Positions 11,093-28,992 of a stretch of DNA of 64,000 nt are shown piece by piece (position 1 is the first letter of the stretch; each line of letters begins with the position of its first letter). Both the position numbers and the translations under genes were made by a program. Source of the stretch: Macrostomum lignano (Eukaryota); the NCBI GenBank assembly GCA_002269645.1, contig NIVC01000624.1:66341-130340 (forward strand), read 5' to 3'. The notes under the pieces are model-generated. The model was not told the origin of the DNA, searched no databases, and saw only the letters and a list, made by a program, of their open reading frames with translations.

Positions 11093-11518
11093 ATGGCTGC
11101 TGCCAGAGGAATTAGCCTGCCGTGTCTTCTCCTCTTTCTGCTGTCGACTGCCGCTCTGGTCCAGTCGAAGTATCTGCTCAAAGCGCCGCAGGAGGCCGCT
11201 GACAGCTTCGAATCGGCTGATGACGTAGCTGAATACCTGAATTACCTTAGCCGGTACTTCCGCTCCGTGAGCCGGCCTCGCTTCGGCAAGCGCAGCAGGT
11301 CGTCGTTTGACACCGCGGCTGCTACGGCCGAGTACATCAACGGCCTCAACAAGTACTTGCACTCGATGAGCCGGCCCCGCTTCGGCAAGCGCAGCAGGTC
11401 GTCGTTTGACACCGCGGCTGCTACGGCCGAGTACATCAACGGTCTCAACAAGTATTTGCACTCGATGAGCCGGCCCCGCTTCGGCAAGCGCAGGTCACAC
11501 CTGTACTATCTGTACTAA
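11093..11518 (+). CDS. npf: NPY/NPF-family precursor 3 (141 aa, single exon, three RPRF-amide peptides, last two identical)
   Basis: Signal peptide, then three SRPRF-GKR units. CCAAT at about 10977, TATAAA 11016-11021, AATAAA at 11586 and about 11603. Confidence 0.93.
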   Translation: MAAARGISLPCLLLFLLSTAALVQSKYLLKAPQEAADSFESADDVAEYLNYLSRYFRSVSRPRFGKRSRSSFDTAAATAEYINGLNKYLHSMSRPRFGKRSRSSFDTAAATAEYINGLNKYLHSMSRPRFGKRRSHLYYLY

Positions 11519-11834
11519 CAACCCCTTTGAATAAGTGAAACGCGCGCAGGTGAAGCTAACTAGAAGTTAAAACAGCTGTGGAATGAATAAATAACCGAAA
11601 CAAATAAAACGAAACGGACACAGAGTCAAAAAGTACTTTTTGTTAATTGTGTCGCATCTGTCTGTTGCACTTTACTGCATTGATCATTATTTACTCGCAG
11701 ATTATTTACAGTAATAACCATGTTTGAATTCTCACAGAACGTTGACCATTCGCTTTTGATGAAAAACTACCTTTTAGAGCATTTTATAGTAGGTAAATGT
11801 TAATCACTCCGTTGAGCATGCTAGAAGAACAACT

Positions 11835-12120
11835 TTCCTCTTTGAGCATTTTGGAAGAGCAGCTTCCCCTTTGGTTGGAAGAGCAGCTTCCCCTTTTGTT
11901 GGAAGAGCAGCTTCCCCTTTTGTTGGAAGAGCAGCTTTCCCTTTTGTTGGAAGAGCAGCTTCCCCTTTTGTTGGAAGAGCAGCTTCCCCTTTTGTTGGAA
12001 GAGCAGCTTCCCCTTTTGTTGGAAGAGCAGCTTCCCCTTTTGTTGGAAGAGCAGCTTCCCCTTTTGTTGGAAGAGCAGCTTCCCCTTTTGTTGGAAGAGC
12101 AGCTTCCACTTTGAGCATGT
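11835..12120. repeat. 21-bp minisatellite (TTGTTGGAAGAGCAGCTTCCCC)
   Basis: Between the convergent 3' ends of NPF3 and ROR. Confidence 0.92.
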
Positions 12121-12332
12121 TGGAAGAGAGGGGTTTAATAACCTCAGCCTTGGAAACTATCTCAGGAGGGGTGCTCCTGCATTAGAGAAAGATACATGCT
12201 GAATCAAATGAGAACCGAATGTTTGCCAAAGCGGATAGACAGTGCCGCTGGGAGGATTAACTAAAAATCAATAAATACGACTTGGTCTCCAATGAGTTCA
12301 ATGAGTTGACGGTCTGTCGATATGACCGTCAG

Positions 12333-18271
<5,939 letters not shown>

Positions 18272-18431
18272 CTCCTAGTACTCGACTGTCGGCTTACTGG
18301 AGAAAATTGGCAGGCAAGTTGTTTATGCACTTGTCAGCTGCTCACAATGCCGCTTTTCATTGCTAAAGACAGTTTGCTAAATCTTGCTTTGATTCCTGAG
18401 CCACTAGTCTGCGGAACCAGCCTTCCTGCCA

Positions 18432-18650
18432 CCCTTCACTCTCTCCTTTGTACACCTCACTCTCTCCTTTGTACACCTCACTCTCTCCTTTGTACACCTC
18501 ACTCTCTCCTTTGTACACCTCACTCTCTCCTTTGTACACCTCACTCTCTCCTTTGTACACCTCTCTCTCTCCTTTGTACATCTCACTCTCTCCTTCTACA
18601 TCTCACTCTCTCGTTCTACACCTCACTCTCTCCTACATCTCACTCATTCT
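18432..18650. repeat. 21-bp minisatellite (TCTCTCCTTTGTACACCTCAC)
   Basis: Tandem copies. Confidence 0.88.
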
Positions 18651-19194
18651 ACACCTGACCGCCTTCTCATATTCCATTTTCACGCCAACCTCGCCCTATC
18701 CATTGAACCTAAAAGTCATTCACGTCGATCAAAAGTCACCCTAGGCTCTGACCAAAGTCGGGTGTTTAATTTCAGGCTCCCTACGTCTAGATACTCGTAA
18801 GATATACGATGCAATTATTGTAAGCCGGGCAAGCCGCCAAGCAGCCACCTGCGCGACTAGGAGATGCTTGCTTAACTAAGGAAAGAAGTTTGCAACAGAG
18901 AGGCAGTTAACAAGTTTAGCTGGGTGACGAAGGGAAGAGGGAGAAAGTTGGTAAAGGGACATGTAAGGCTCTTGCTAGGTGGCCGCCACAATAACCATAA
19001 CACATGCCGCTGCGCACAGCCATGACTCACCGCCCTGACCTGCGCGGGCATCTGGCGCAGTCATTAACCTGGCTGCGTAAAGTGTGACTGGGCCAGTAAG
19101 CATTCTGTTTTCTGGGCGAAGCACTTACAGTTGAAGATCGGCTGGGGTGGCATTTTTGCGATGATTGAAAATTATTTTTCTGTCCGTATTCTCT

Positions 19195-19780
19195 CATTGT
19201 CACTCTCTCGCTGATCCCTGTCACTCTCTCGCTGATCCCTGTCACTCTCTCGCTGATCCCTGTCACTCTCTCGCTGATCCCTGTCACTCTCTCGCTGATC
19301 CCTGTCACTCTCTCGCTGATCCCTGTCACTCTCTCGCTGATCCCTGTCACTCTCTCTCGCTGATCCCTGTCACTCTCTCTCACTGATCCCTGTCACTCTC
19401 TCACTGATCCCTGTCACTCTCTCTCTCTCTCGCTGATCCCTGTCACTCTCTTGCTAAACCCTTTCACTCTCTCTCGCTGATCCCTGTCACTCTCTCGCTG
19501 ATCCCTGCCACTCTCTCGCTGATCCCTGTCACTCTCTCGCTGATCCCTGTCACTCTCTCGCTGATCCCTGTCACTCTCTCTCTCGCTGATCCCTGTCACT
19601 CTCTCGCTGATCCCTGTCACTCTCTCTCTCGCTGATCCCTGTCACTCTCTCGCTGATCCCTGTCACTCTCTCGAACTGATCCCTGTCACTCTCTCGCTGA
19701 TCCCTGTCACTCTCTCGCTGATCCCTGTCACTCTCTCGCTGATCCCTGTCACTCTCTCGCTGAATTCTGTCACTCACTAA
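19195..19780. repeat. About 21-bp minisatellite (CTCTCGCTGATCCCTGTCACT)
   Basis: Tandem copies with a variable CT run. Confidence 0.92.
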
Positions 19781-20334
19781 TTCCTAGCTCGTATAAATGT
19801 CAGCAAACTTTTAATCTCAATGCAACCGCTATCATTTTTTCATGCCCTCTTTTCCAAAGCACGAGCTGAGCAATAATTGCGAGCTTAGACTGTGAGCCTC
19901 AAACTGGGACATACATGCAAGGATTTACACTCAAGCTTGTAGATTTCTATGTAAATAGCCAAGTTAAATAACAAGACTTCATAATATCTAGTGTAACAAT
20001 TATATTAAGTGCACAACCATATCAGATAGTCATGCCTATAGATACATTATTTACTTTGCTAAGTCACATATAACTCATAACGTTGAACTGTCACTAATAG
20101 CAAAACTTCAGAAATTTTTCATCCACTATTTAGAGCGTGTCTTTTATGTAAAACTAGATTTTATGGTTTTTTAAATATTGCTGCTTTGATCTCCAACTGT
20201 GGAAACGTCTGGAAAATGGTGCAGTCTGGCTTTTTAGCCGCATGGCAATAATTGCAGAAACTTTACAAACATGAGGGCTCCTTCGCTAATCTAAGTGCTT
20301 GTTCACCAAGCTGCAGTTCACCAATTATAGTCCA

Positions 20335-22460
20335 TCGTTCACCAATATAGGTGCTCATTCACCAATATAGGTGCTCATTCACCAATCTACATGTAGGTGC
20401 TCATTGACTAATCTAGGTGCTCATCCACCAATCTAGGTCCTCATTAACCAATCTAGGGGCTCATTCACCCATCTAGGTGCTCATTCACCAATCTAGGTGC
20501 TCATTCTCCAATCTAGGTGCTCATTGACTAATCTAGGTGCTCATCCACCAATCTAGGTCCTCATTAACCAATCTAGGTGCTCATTCACCCATCTAGGTGC
20601 TCATTAACCAATCTAGGTGCTCATTAACCAATCTAGGTGCTCATTAACCAATCTAGGTCCTCATTAACCAATCTAGGTGCTCATTAACCAATCTAGGTAC
20701 TCATTAACCAATCTAGGTGCTCATTCAATAATCTAGGTGCTCATTCACCCATCTAGGTGCTCATTCACCCATCTAGGTGCTTATTCACCAATCTAGGTGC
20801 TCATTCACCCATCTAGGTGCTCATTCACCAATCTAGGTGCTCATTCACCAATCTAGGTGCTCATTCACCAATCTAGGTACTCATTAACCAATCTAGGTGC
20901 TCATTAACCAATCTAGGTGCTCATTCACCAATCTAGGTGCTCATTCACCCATCTAGGTGCTCATTCACCCATCTAGGTGCTCATTCACCCATCTAGGTGC
21001 TTATTCACCAATCTAGGTGCTCATTCACTAATCTAGGTGCTCATTCACCAATCTAGGTGCTCATTCACCAATCTAGGTGCTCATTCACCAATCTAGGTAC
21101 TCATTCTCCAATCTAGGTGCTCATTCACTAATCTAGGTGCTCATTCACTAATCTAGGTGCTCATCCACCAATCTAGGTCCTCATTAACCAATCTAGGTGC
21201 TCATTAACCAATCTAGGTGCTCATTAACCAATCTAGGTGCTCATTGACTAATCTAGGTGCTCATCCACCAATCTAGGTCCTCATTAACCAATCTAGGGGC
21301 TCATTCACCCATCTAGGTGCTCATTCACCAATCTAGGTGCTCATTCTCCAATCTAGGTGCTCATTGACTAATCTAGGTGCTCATCCACCAATCTAGGTCC
21401 TCATTAACCAATCTAGGTGCTCATTCACCCATCTAGGTGCTCATTAACCAATCTAGGTGCTCATTAACCAATCTAGGTGCTCATTAACCAATCTAGGTCC
21501 TCATTAACCAATCTAGGTGCTCATTAACCAATCTAGGTACTCATTAACCAATCTAGGTGCTCATTCAATAATCTAGGTGCTCATTCACCCATCTAGGTGC
21601 TCATTCACCCATCTAGGTGCTTATTCACCAATCTAGGTGCTCATTCACCCATCTAGGTGCTCATTCACCAATCTAGGTGCTCATTCACCAATCTAGGTGC
21701 TCATTCACCAATCTAGGTACTCATTAACCAATCTAGGTGCTCATTAACCAATCTAGGTGCTCATTCACCAATCTAGGTGCTCATTCACCCATCTAGGTGC
21801 TCATTCACCCATCTAGGTGCTTATTCACCAATCTAGGTGCTCATTCACTAATCTAGGTGCTCATTCACCAATCTAGGTGCTCATTCACCAATCTAGGTGC
21901 TCATTCACCAATCTAGGTACTCATTCTCCAATCTAGGTGCTCATTCACTAATCTAGGTGCTCATTCACTAATCTAGGTGCTCATCCACCAATCTAGGTCC
22001 TCATTAACCAATCTAGGTGCTCATTAACCAATCTAGGTGCTCATTCTCCAATCTAGGTGCTCATTGACTAATCTAGGTGCTCATCCACCAATCTAGGTCC
22101 TCATTAACCAATCTAGGAGCTCATTCACCAATCTAGGTGCTCATTCACCAATCTAGGTGCTCATTCTCCAATCTAGGTGCTCATTGACTAATCTAGGTGC
22201 TCATCCACCAATCTAGGTCCTCATTAACCAATCTAGGTGCTCATTCACCCATCTAGGTGCTCATTCACCCATCTAGGTGCTTATTCACCAATCTAGGTGC
22301 TCATTCACCCATCTAGGTGCTCATTCACCAATCTAGGTGCTCATTCACCAATCTAGGTGCTCATTCACCAATCTAGGTGCTCATTCGTCAATCTAGGCGC
22401 TCATTCACTCATATTGGCGATCCTTCACCAATCTGGGCAACCCTTTACCAATCTGGTCGC
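20335..22460. repeat. 20-bp satellite (CTCATTCACCAATCTAGGTG) with an 840-bp higher-order duplication
   Basis: The variant pattern at 20401-20940 recurs at 21241-21780. Confidence 0.96.
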
Positions 22461-22698
22461 TCCTTCACCAATGTAAGCGATCCTTTACCAATGTAAGCGA
22501 TCCTTTACCAATGTAAGCGATCCTTTTCCAATCTAAGCTGTAGTTCACCAATCTAATCGAGTCTTGGGGCCACTTCACCAATTTAGTTCGAGTATTAATT
22601 TTGTCTCGCCAAGTCTCGCGTTGATCGGGACATGCTCGAACACTGATCGAGATGACATAACTTCCTGGGCTTGGCTTGGTTCCGTGATGGCTGGCAAG

Positions 22699-22700
<2 letters not shown>

Positions 22701-22786
<86 letters not shown>

Positions 22787-22790
22787 GTGA
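22701..22790. repeat. (GA)n microsatellite
   Basis: Direct. Confidence 0.9.
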
Positions 22791-23151
22791 GACTGAGACT
22801 CAGGGTGGTCTCTAAGTGGCTGCTGCTGCTGCTGGATTGTAAATATTTACCCACTAAACCTTCACTGATCTGTTTAAGAACTGAAGGGGATTGTGGGGAG
22901 GTTGTCGGAGAGACCCTGCGCTAAGGACGGGCGGGCCAGGCCATTTTTATCCTCTTGCCTGGCGGCCCGTTCGACCCTCGGAAGCTTCTTGAGTGGAAAT
23001 TTCAGGCCATTCCAGCCGCGCTGCCGCTGATTGATGACCGAATCTGGTGGATTAATGCGTGCGGATGGCGGGCCCGGCAGCTGTGCTGATTAAAATAATT
23101 GAGCCGGGCTGCCCTGCCTTCGGTGCTGAAGACTTGAAGTTTTCCTATGAT

Positions 23152-23440
23152 GCAGGCCGACATCTAGAGGGAGATGGAGGCCGACATCTAGAGGGAGATG
23201 GAGGCCGACATCTAGAGGGAGATGGAGGCCGACATCTAGAGGGAGATAGAGGTGGAAATCTAGAGGGAAATGGAGGTGGACATCTAGAGGTAGATGGAGG
23301 TGGACATCTACAGGGAGATGGAGGCCGACATCTAGAGGGAGATAGAGGTGGACATCTAGAGGGAGATGGAGGCCGACATCTAAAGGGAGATGGAGGCGGA
23401 CATCTAAAGGGAGATGGAGGCCGACATCTAGAGGGATAGT
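23152..23440. repeat. 24-bp minisatellite (GCCGACATCTAGAGGGAGATGGAG)
   Basis: About 12 copies. Confidence 0.9.
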
Positions 23441-23444
23441 AATT

Positions 23445-23678
23445 AAATGTCACAGGGACTAATGAAATGTCACAGGACTAATGAAATGTCACAGGGACTA
23501 ATGAAATGTCACAGGACTAATGAAATGTCACAGGGACTAATGAAATATCACAGGGACTAATGAAATGTCACAGGGACTAATGGAATGTCACAGGGACTAA
23601 TGAAATGTCACAGGGACTAATGAAATGTCACAGGGACTAATGAAATGTCACAGGGACTAATGAAATGTCACAGGACAT
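23445..23678. repeat. 20-bp minisatellite (AATGAAATGTCACAGGGACT)
   Basis: About 11 copies abutting the 24-bp array. Confidence 0.9.
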
Positions 23679-24084
23679 CTTTTCGAACTGGTCACAATAA
23701 TGGCACAAGCAGTGTCACTGAGATGCTACAAGATGTTGCACATCCAGGCTGATATCCCCCATGTTGGCCACAGGCTGCTGTCACTCAGTGGGGAGGCGGT
23801 AATGCAAAAACGCAGAGGGAAAAACGCAAAATCCAACTTTTTAGACATTTTCCCCTTGACAAAAATTTCCGCAATGCCCTGCTTCAGAACCAATAACTCA
23901 CAGCCAGGGTCATTCCTGTGCTAATGGATGCCAGCCCTCTTTTATCTCCTGTCTAGCCGACCAACTAAAAGAAAAATTGCCAAACATAAATCTCTGCACT
24001 TCAACTGATTATCCTGAGCGCTGAGCGCCTTAAGCCAAGGACACTTTTAAAACTAGACATCTGGAGTGTGCGAAAACCAAAGCG

Positions 24085-24985
24085 ATCCTTCACCAATCTA
24101 AGAGATCTTCCCCAATCTAAGAGATCTTCACCAATCTAAGAGATCTTCCCCAATCTAAGAGATCTTCCCCAATCTAAGAGATCTTCCCCAATCTAAGAGA
24201 TCTTCCCCAATCTAAGAGATCTTTCCCAATCTAAGAGATCTTCCCCAATCTAAGAGATCTTCCCCAATCTAAGAGATCTTCCCCAATCTAAGAGATCTTC
24301 CCCAATCTAAGAGATCTTCACCAATCTAAGCGATCCTTCACCAATCTAAGAGATCTTCACCAATCTAAGAGATCTTCCCCAATCTAAGAGATCTTCCCCA
24401 ATCTAAGAGATCTTCACCAATCTAAGAGATCTTCACCAATCTAAGAGATCTTCCCCAATCTAAGAGATCTTTCCCAATCCAAGCGATCCTTCAACAATCT
24501 AAGCGATCCTTCACCAATCTAAGAGATCTTTCCCAATCTAAGCGATCCTTCACCAATCTAAGAGATCTTTCCCAATCTAAGCGATCTTCCCCAATCTAAG
24601 AGATCTTTCCCAATCCAAGCGATCCTTCAACAATCTAAGCGATCCTTCACCAATCTAAGAGATCTTTCCCAATCTAAGCGATCCTTCACCAATCTAAGAG
24701 ATCTTTCCCAATCTAAGCGATCTTCCCCAATCTAAGAGATCTTCACCAATCTAAGAGATCTTCCCCAATCTAAGAGATCTTCACCAATCTAAGCGATCCT
24801 TTACCAATCTAAGAGATCTTCCCCAATCTAAGCGATCCTTTACCAATCTAAGAGATCTTCCCCAATCTAAGCGATCCTTCACCAATCTAAGAGATCTTCC
24901 CCAATCTAAGAGATCTTCCCCAATTTAAGAGATCTTCCCCAATCTAAGAGATCTTCCCCAATCTAAGAGATCTTCCCCAATTTGA
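24085..24985. repeat. 19/20-bp minisatellite (CCAATCTAAGAGATCTTCC)
   Basis: Tandem copies sharing the CCAATCTA core with the array at 20335-22460. Confidence 0.93.
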
Positions 24986-25405
24986 CTGCATCTTTAAATG
25001 TAATCATTATCCAAATTTGAAAAGCAAATTATTTTCTATATTTTAAACAAGTATTTTAAATGAGACAAATATGAGAGCCACACCAGCACACGGGTCACCT
25101 GGGGGAGGTGCGAGGCGTGTTTCAGCGCAATTCCAACCACCGAAATCTTGTTTCATCAGCAAGACTACTTTTCTTTCTTATCCAAGGATGATGGAGTTGC
25201 TAAGGGCAGGGGCAGTATTGGGGTGGGTGGGCTAGTAGTCCAGATCCCCACTGGGAATGTTATAAACAATTGCTATGAAAATCTCGAATTGCGCATTAGT
25301 CCTGAGGGGGACATGGCAGCGACCACGCTCTATCAGACATCTATCAAACAGCGCAATAAATATCCTTAGGCTGATTAAAGAGGTTATAATGGGCAAGAGG
25401 AAATT

Positions 25406-25641
<236 letters not shown>

Positions 25642-26311
25642 TCACTCACCTGATTATTCTGCAGTCCAGTCTCAAGGTCAAACAAGAGGCCAAAAGTTCG
25701 CAGTTTTCTGCTTATCGCTGTTTCAAATCCTTCGAAATAAATCTTTTTTCAGACCGCCAAAAGTCCCAGATAATTGCTTTTGCCGCCAAAGATTCCTATT
25801 GGTCAATCGATCAGCCAATCGGAAGAGTTCCATTGGCAAATTATTAATTTGTTTACCAATTAGAAAAATGCCCCAATCTTGCTACTTTCAGTACGCCAAA
25901 ACTCTGTCTCGGTGTGCGATTTCGAGCTCGCAGACAAGATTTATTCATGAAGTGATGGACAAGATGAATGGAATTTAAAAAAAATATGAATAAACAAAAG
26001 CCGCTGAAGCCAGTGTTGTTTAAACACACAGATGCGCTTCTGTATTGACGAGAGCAGGTCATTGTGACGAAGTATTATTTATCAGGTTTAGAAAAACCTG
26101 ACTATAAAGAGATTTGTTTATCGTTAAACCTGGTTTCTTAATAGGGGCAGATCGATGGATTATTGACGCTGCAATTAAAGGCTTGTAATGGCTTCTTCTG
26201 CAGCAGATAGTAAAACTATTATAGTTTAATAATAGACAGCTGGTTTATAAGAAAAAACTAGGGGAGAATGGGACGGCTGGGGAAGAAACAGGCACGGTGG
26301 AGCGAGGGTGG

Positions 26312-27145
26312 AATGGCGGGGGAGAGAATGGGATGGCGGGGGAGAGAATGGGATGACGGGGAGAGAATGGGATGGCGGGGGAGAGAATGGGATGGCGGGG
26401 AAGAGAATGGGATGGCGGGGGAGAGAATGGGATGGCGGGGGAGAGAATGGGATGGCAGGGGAGAGAATGGGATGGCGGGGAAGAGAATGGGATGGCGGGG
26501 GAGACAATGGGATGGCGGGGAAGAGAATGGGATGGCGGGGGAGAGAATGGGATGGCGGGGGAGAGAATGGGATGGCGGGGGAGAGAATGGGATGGCGGCG
26601 GAGAGGGTAGGGTGGCAGGGAGAGGGTAGGGTAGCAGTGAGAGGGTAGGGTAGCAGGGAGAGAGTAGGGTAGCAGGGAGAGAGTAGGGTAGCAGTGAGAG
26701 GGTAGGGTAGCAGGGAGAGGGTAGGGTAGCAGGGAGAGGGTAGGGTAGCAGGGAGAGGGTAGGGTAGCAGGGAGAGGGTAGGGTAGCAGGGAGAGGGTAG
26801 GGTAGCAGGGAGAGGGTAGGGTAGCAGGGAGAGGGTAGGGTAGCAGGGAGAGGGTAGGGTAGCAGGGAGAGGGTAGGGTAGCAGTGAGAGGGTAGGGTAG
26901 CAGTGAGAGGGTAGGGTAGCAGTGAGAGGGTAGGGTAGCAGGGAGAGAGTAGGGTAGCAGTGAGAGGGTAGGGTAGCAGGGAGAGGGTAGGGTAGCAGGG
27001 AGAGGGTAGGGTAGCAGGGAGAGGGTAGGGTAGCAGGGAGAGGGTAGGGTAGCAGGGAGAGGGTAGGGTAGCAGGGAGAGGGTAGGGTAGCAGGGAGAGG
27101 GTAGGGTAGCAGGGAGAGGGTAGGGTAGCAGGGACAAGGTAGGGT
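26312..27145. repeat. G-rich composite minisatellite (20-bp GGGGGAGAGAATGGGATGGC, then 19-bp GGGTAGGGTAGCAGGGAGA)
   Basis: Tandem copies with regularly spaced GGG tracts. Confidence 0.92.
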
Positions 27146-27456
27146 GAAATGGCAGAGCAGTTACTAGCAAACCAGTTCATTCGAGCTACAATCCAAGTCC
27201 AATTGAGATCAAGGATTTAATTAATTGGGTCAGTTCTCAATTTCCTGTGAGCATTCAGAGCCCAGGCAGTCCAATTTAAACAACAGCAGATAGCGGATTC
27301 AACATTTGTTTTGGTAAAAATTTTTCCACTATCAGCATTGAATGTGAGATTACAATGTTTGCTGTCCTGAGTCAAATTAACTACTAATGACTTCGGTCCC
27401 ACAATTGCAAAACCTACGATCATAGCAGTGCTTATCTTATGCCTTAATCAGTGCTT

Positions 27457-27470
27457 GTAGCCATGGCAAC
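27457..27470. promoter_or_regulatory. RFX X-box-like motif GTAGCC-AT-GGCAAC, with TATAAATA at 27498
   Basis: Exact match to GTNRCC-N2-RGYAAC, about 190 nt upstream of the Ly6 exon. Confidence 0.45.
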
Positions 27471-27662
27471 CAGAGCAATAGTGACTAGAATTATCTGTAT
27501 AAATATTAGTAAAAAAGGTGTCAAAAAAGATTTGATTCAGAATTTTTGTCAAATAAACTTGAGCCGATCGTTTCAAAACAGGCAAGGAGTCTAGTTGTTA
27601 GTCACTAATTTTTTTATTATAATAAGCAGGCCCCACCAAAGCTTTATTAAAACTTTTTTCAG

Positions 27663-28719
27663 CATGCGCTGTGAGCATCAGGTGCTACGTGTACTCAAGC
27701 ATCCTGGGCGATATTGGGACTGAAGTGACTTGCCCTTCAGGCGTCACATCTTGCTTCAAACAGGATATGACAGTGCTTGGCGTTCGAATTGTGAGATTAA
27801 CAACCCCCTCATTACCATAGATCCCAGCCTCTCATTACCATAGATCCCAGCCTCTCATTACCATAGATCCCAGCCTCTCATTACCATAGATCCCAGCCTC
27901 TCATTACCATAGATCCCAGCCTCTCATTACCATAGATCCAACCCTCTCATTACCATAGATCCAACCCTCTCATTCCCATAGATCCCAGCCTCTCATTACC
28001 ATAGATCCCAGCCTCTCACTACCATAGATCCCAGCCTCTCATTACCATAGATCCAACCCTCTCATTACCATAGATCCAACCCTCTCATTACCATAGATCC
28101 AACCCTCTCATTCCCATAGATCCCAGCCTCTCATTACCATAGATCCCAGCCTCTCATTACCATAGATCGCAGCCTCTCATTACCATAGATCCAACCCTCT
28201 CATTACCATAGATCCCAGCCTCTCATTACCATAGATCCAACCCTCTCATTACCATAGATCCCAGCCTCTCATTACCATAGATCCAACCCTCTCATTACCA
28301 TAGATCCCAGCCTCTCATTACCATAGATCCAACCCTCTCATTACCATAGATCCCAGCCTCTCATTACCATAGATCCAACCCTCTCATTACCATAGATCCC
28401 AGCCTCTCATTACCATAGATCCAACCCTCTCATTACTATAGATCATACCCCACATTACTATAGATCCTATCCCCCATTACTATAGATCCTACCCTCATTA
28501 CCCACACACTACAAAGACCCTGTGGTGAGTCTCTGTTCCACCACAACGTCCCTCTGGCAGATCAACGGCAACTGCGGCGGCTGCAACTTTACCAGCACAG
28601 GCTGCACCGAGTGCAACACGGATCTGTGCAACTCCGGCCACCGTTCTGTCGTTGCCTCAGCCTCAGTCGGGCTCCTGTCTGGTGCCCTGCTAATGGGCAT
28701 CAAGTCGGTGCTGCTGTGA
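27663..28719 (+). CDS. Small Ly6/uPAR (three-finger)-type, probably GPI-anchored protein; partial, signal-peptide exon not located
   Basis: Exon 27663-27790 (CAVSIRCYVYSS...TCPSGVTSCFKQ...) after a ttttttcag acceptor, with a GTGAGA donor. Exon 28561-28719 (INGNCGGCNFTSTGCTECNTDLCN plus a hydrophobic tail). C-terminal CxxCxxDLCN is typical of the LU fold. Confidence 0.7.
27812..28500. repeat. 23-bp minisatellite in the Ly6 gene intron (CTCATTACCATAGATCCCAGCCT)
   Basis: About 29 copies. Confidence 0.93.
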
Positions 28720-28992
28720 ACTAAACCTTTGAGCTTTTAGATGTGCCCGGAAAGTGAACAAAACATCTGATGAAAAACAAAGAAACAGCAACGAAATTTA
28801 ACAAAATGAAGAATTTTATAGTTTTTAAGTATAGAGGTGCAGTCTTCATATAAATATATTTGCCAACATAATAATTATGTCGAATATAGTTACAAAAGTT
28901 CCTAGTTAGGTTTTAATAATCATAATATAAGCGAGTTGGTTTCATTATTTTAATTTAAAAGCCTAATTACTATAAGTAGGTATCATTAATGC

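Noticed and set aside
19027-19130. Possible extra ROR coding exon ending at the GTGAGT donor at about 19030
   Set aside because: A complete ATG plus signal-peptide exon exists at 18271-18162. This could only be a 5' UTR exon, and I cannot support it further.
23020-23100. TGATTGAT/TGATTAA homeodomain-type motifs upstream of ROR
   Set aside because: Short motifs expected by chance; no conservation evidence is available.
28517-28560. Alternative acceptor at 28516 or a micro-exon before GTGAGT at 28525 in the Ly6 gene
   Set aside because: Phase-incompatible with the phase-0 donor at 27790. The acceptor at 28560 has a pyrimidine tract and keeps the frame.
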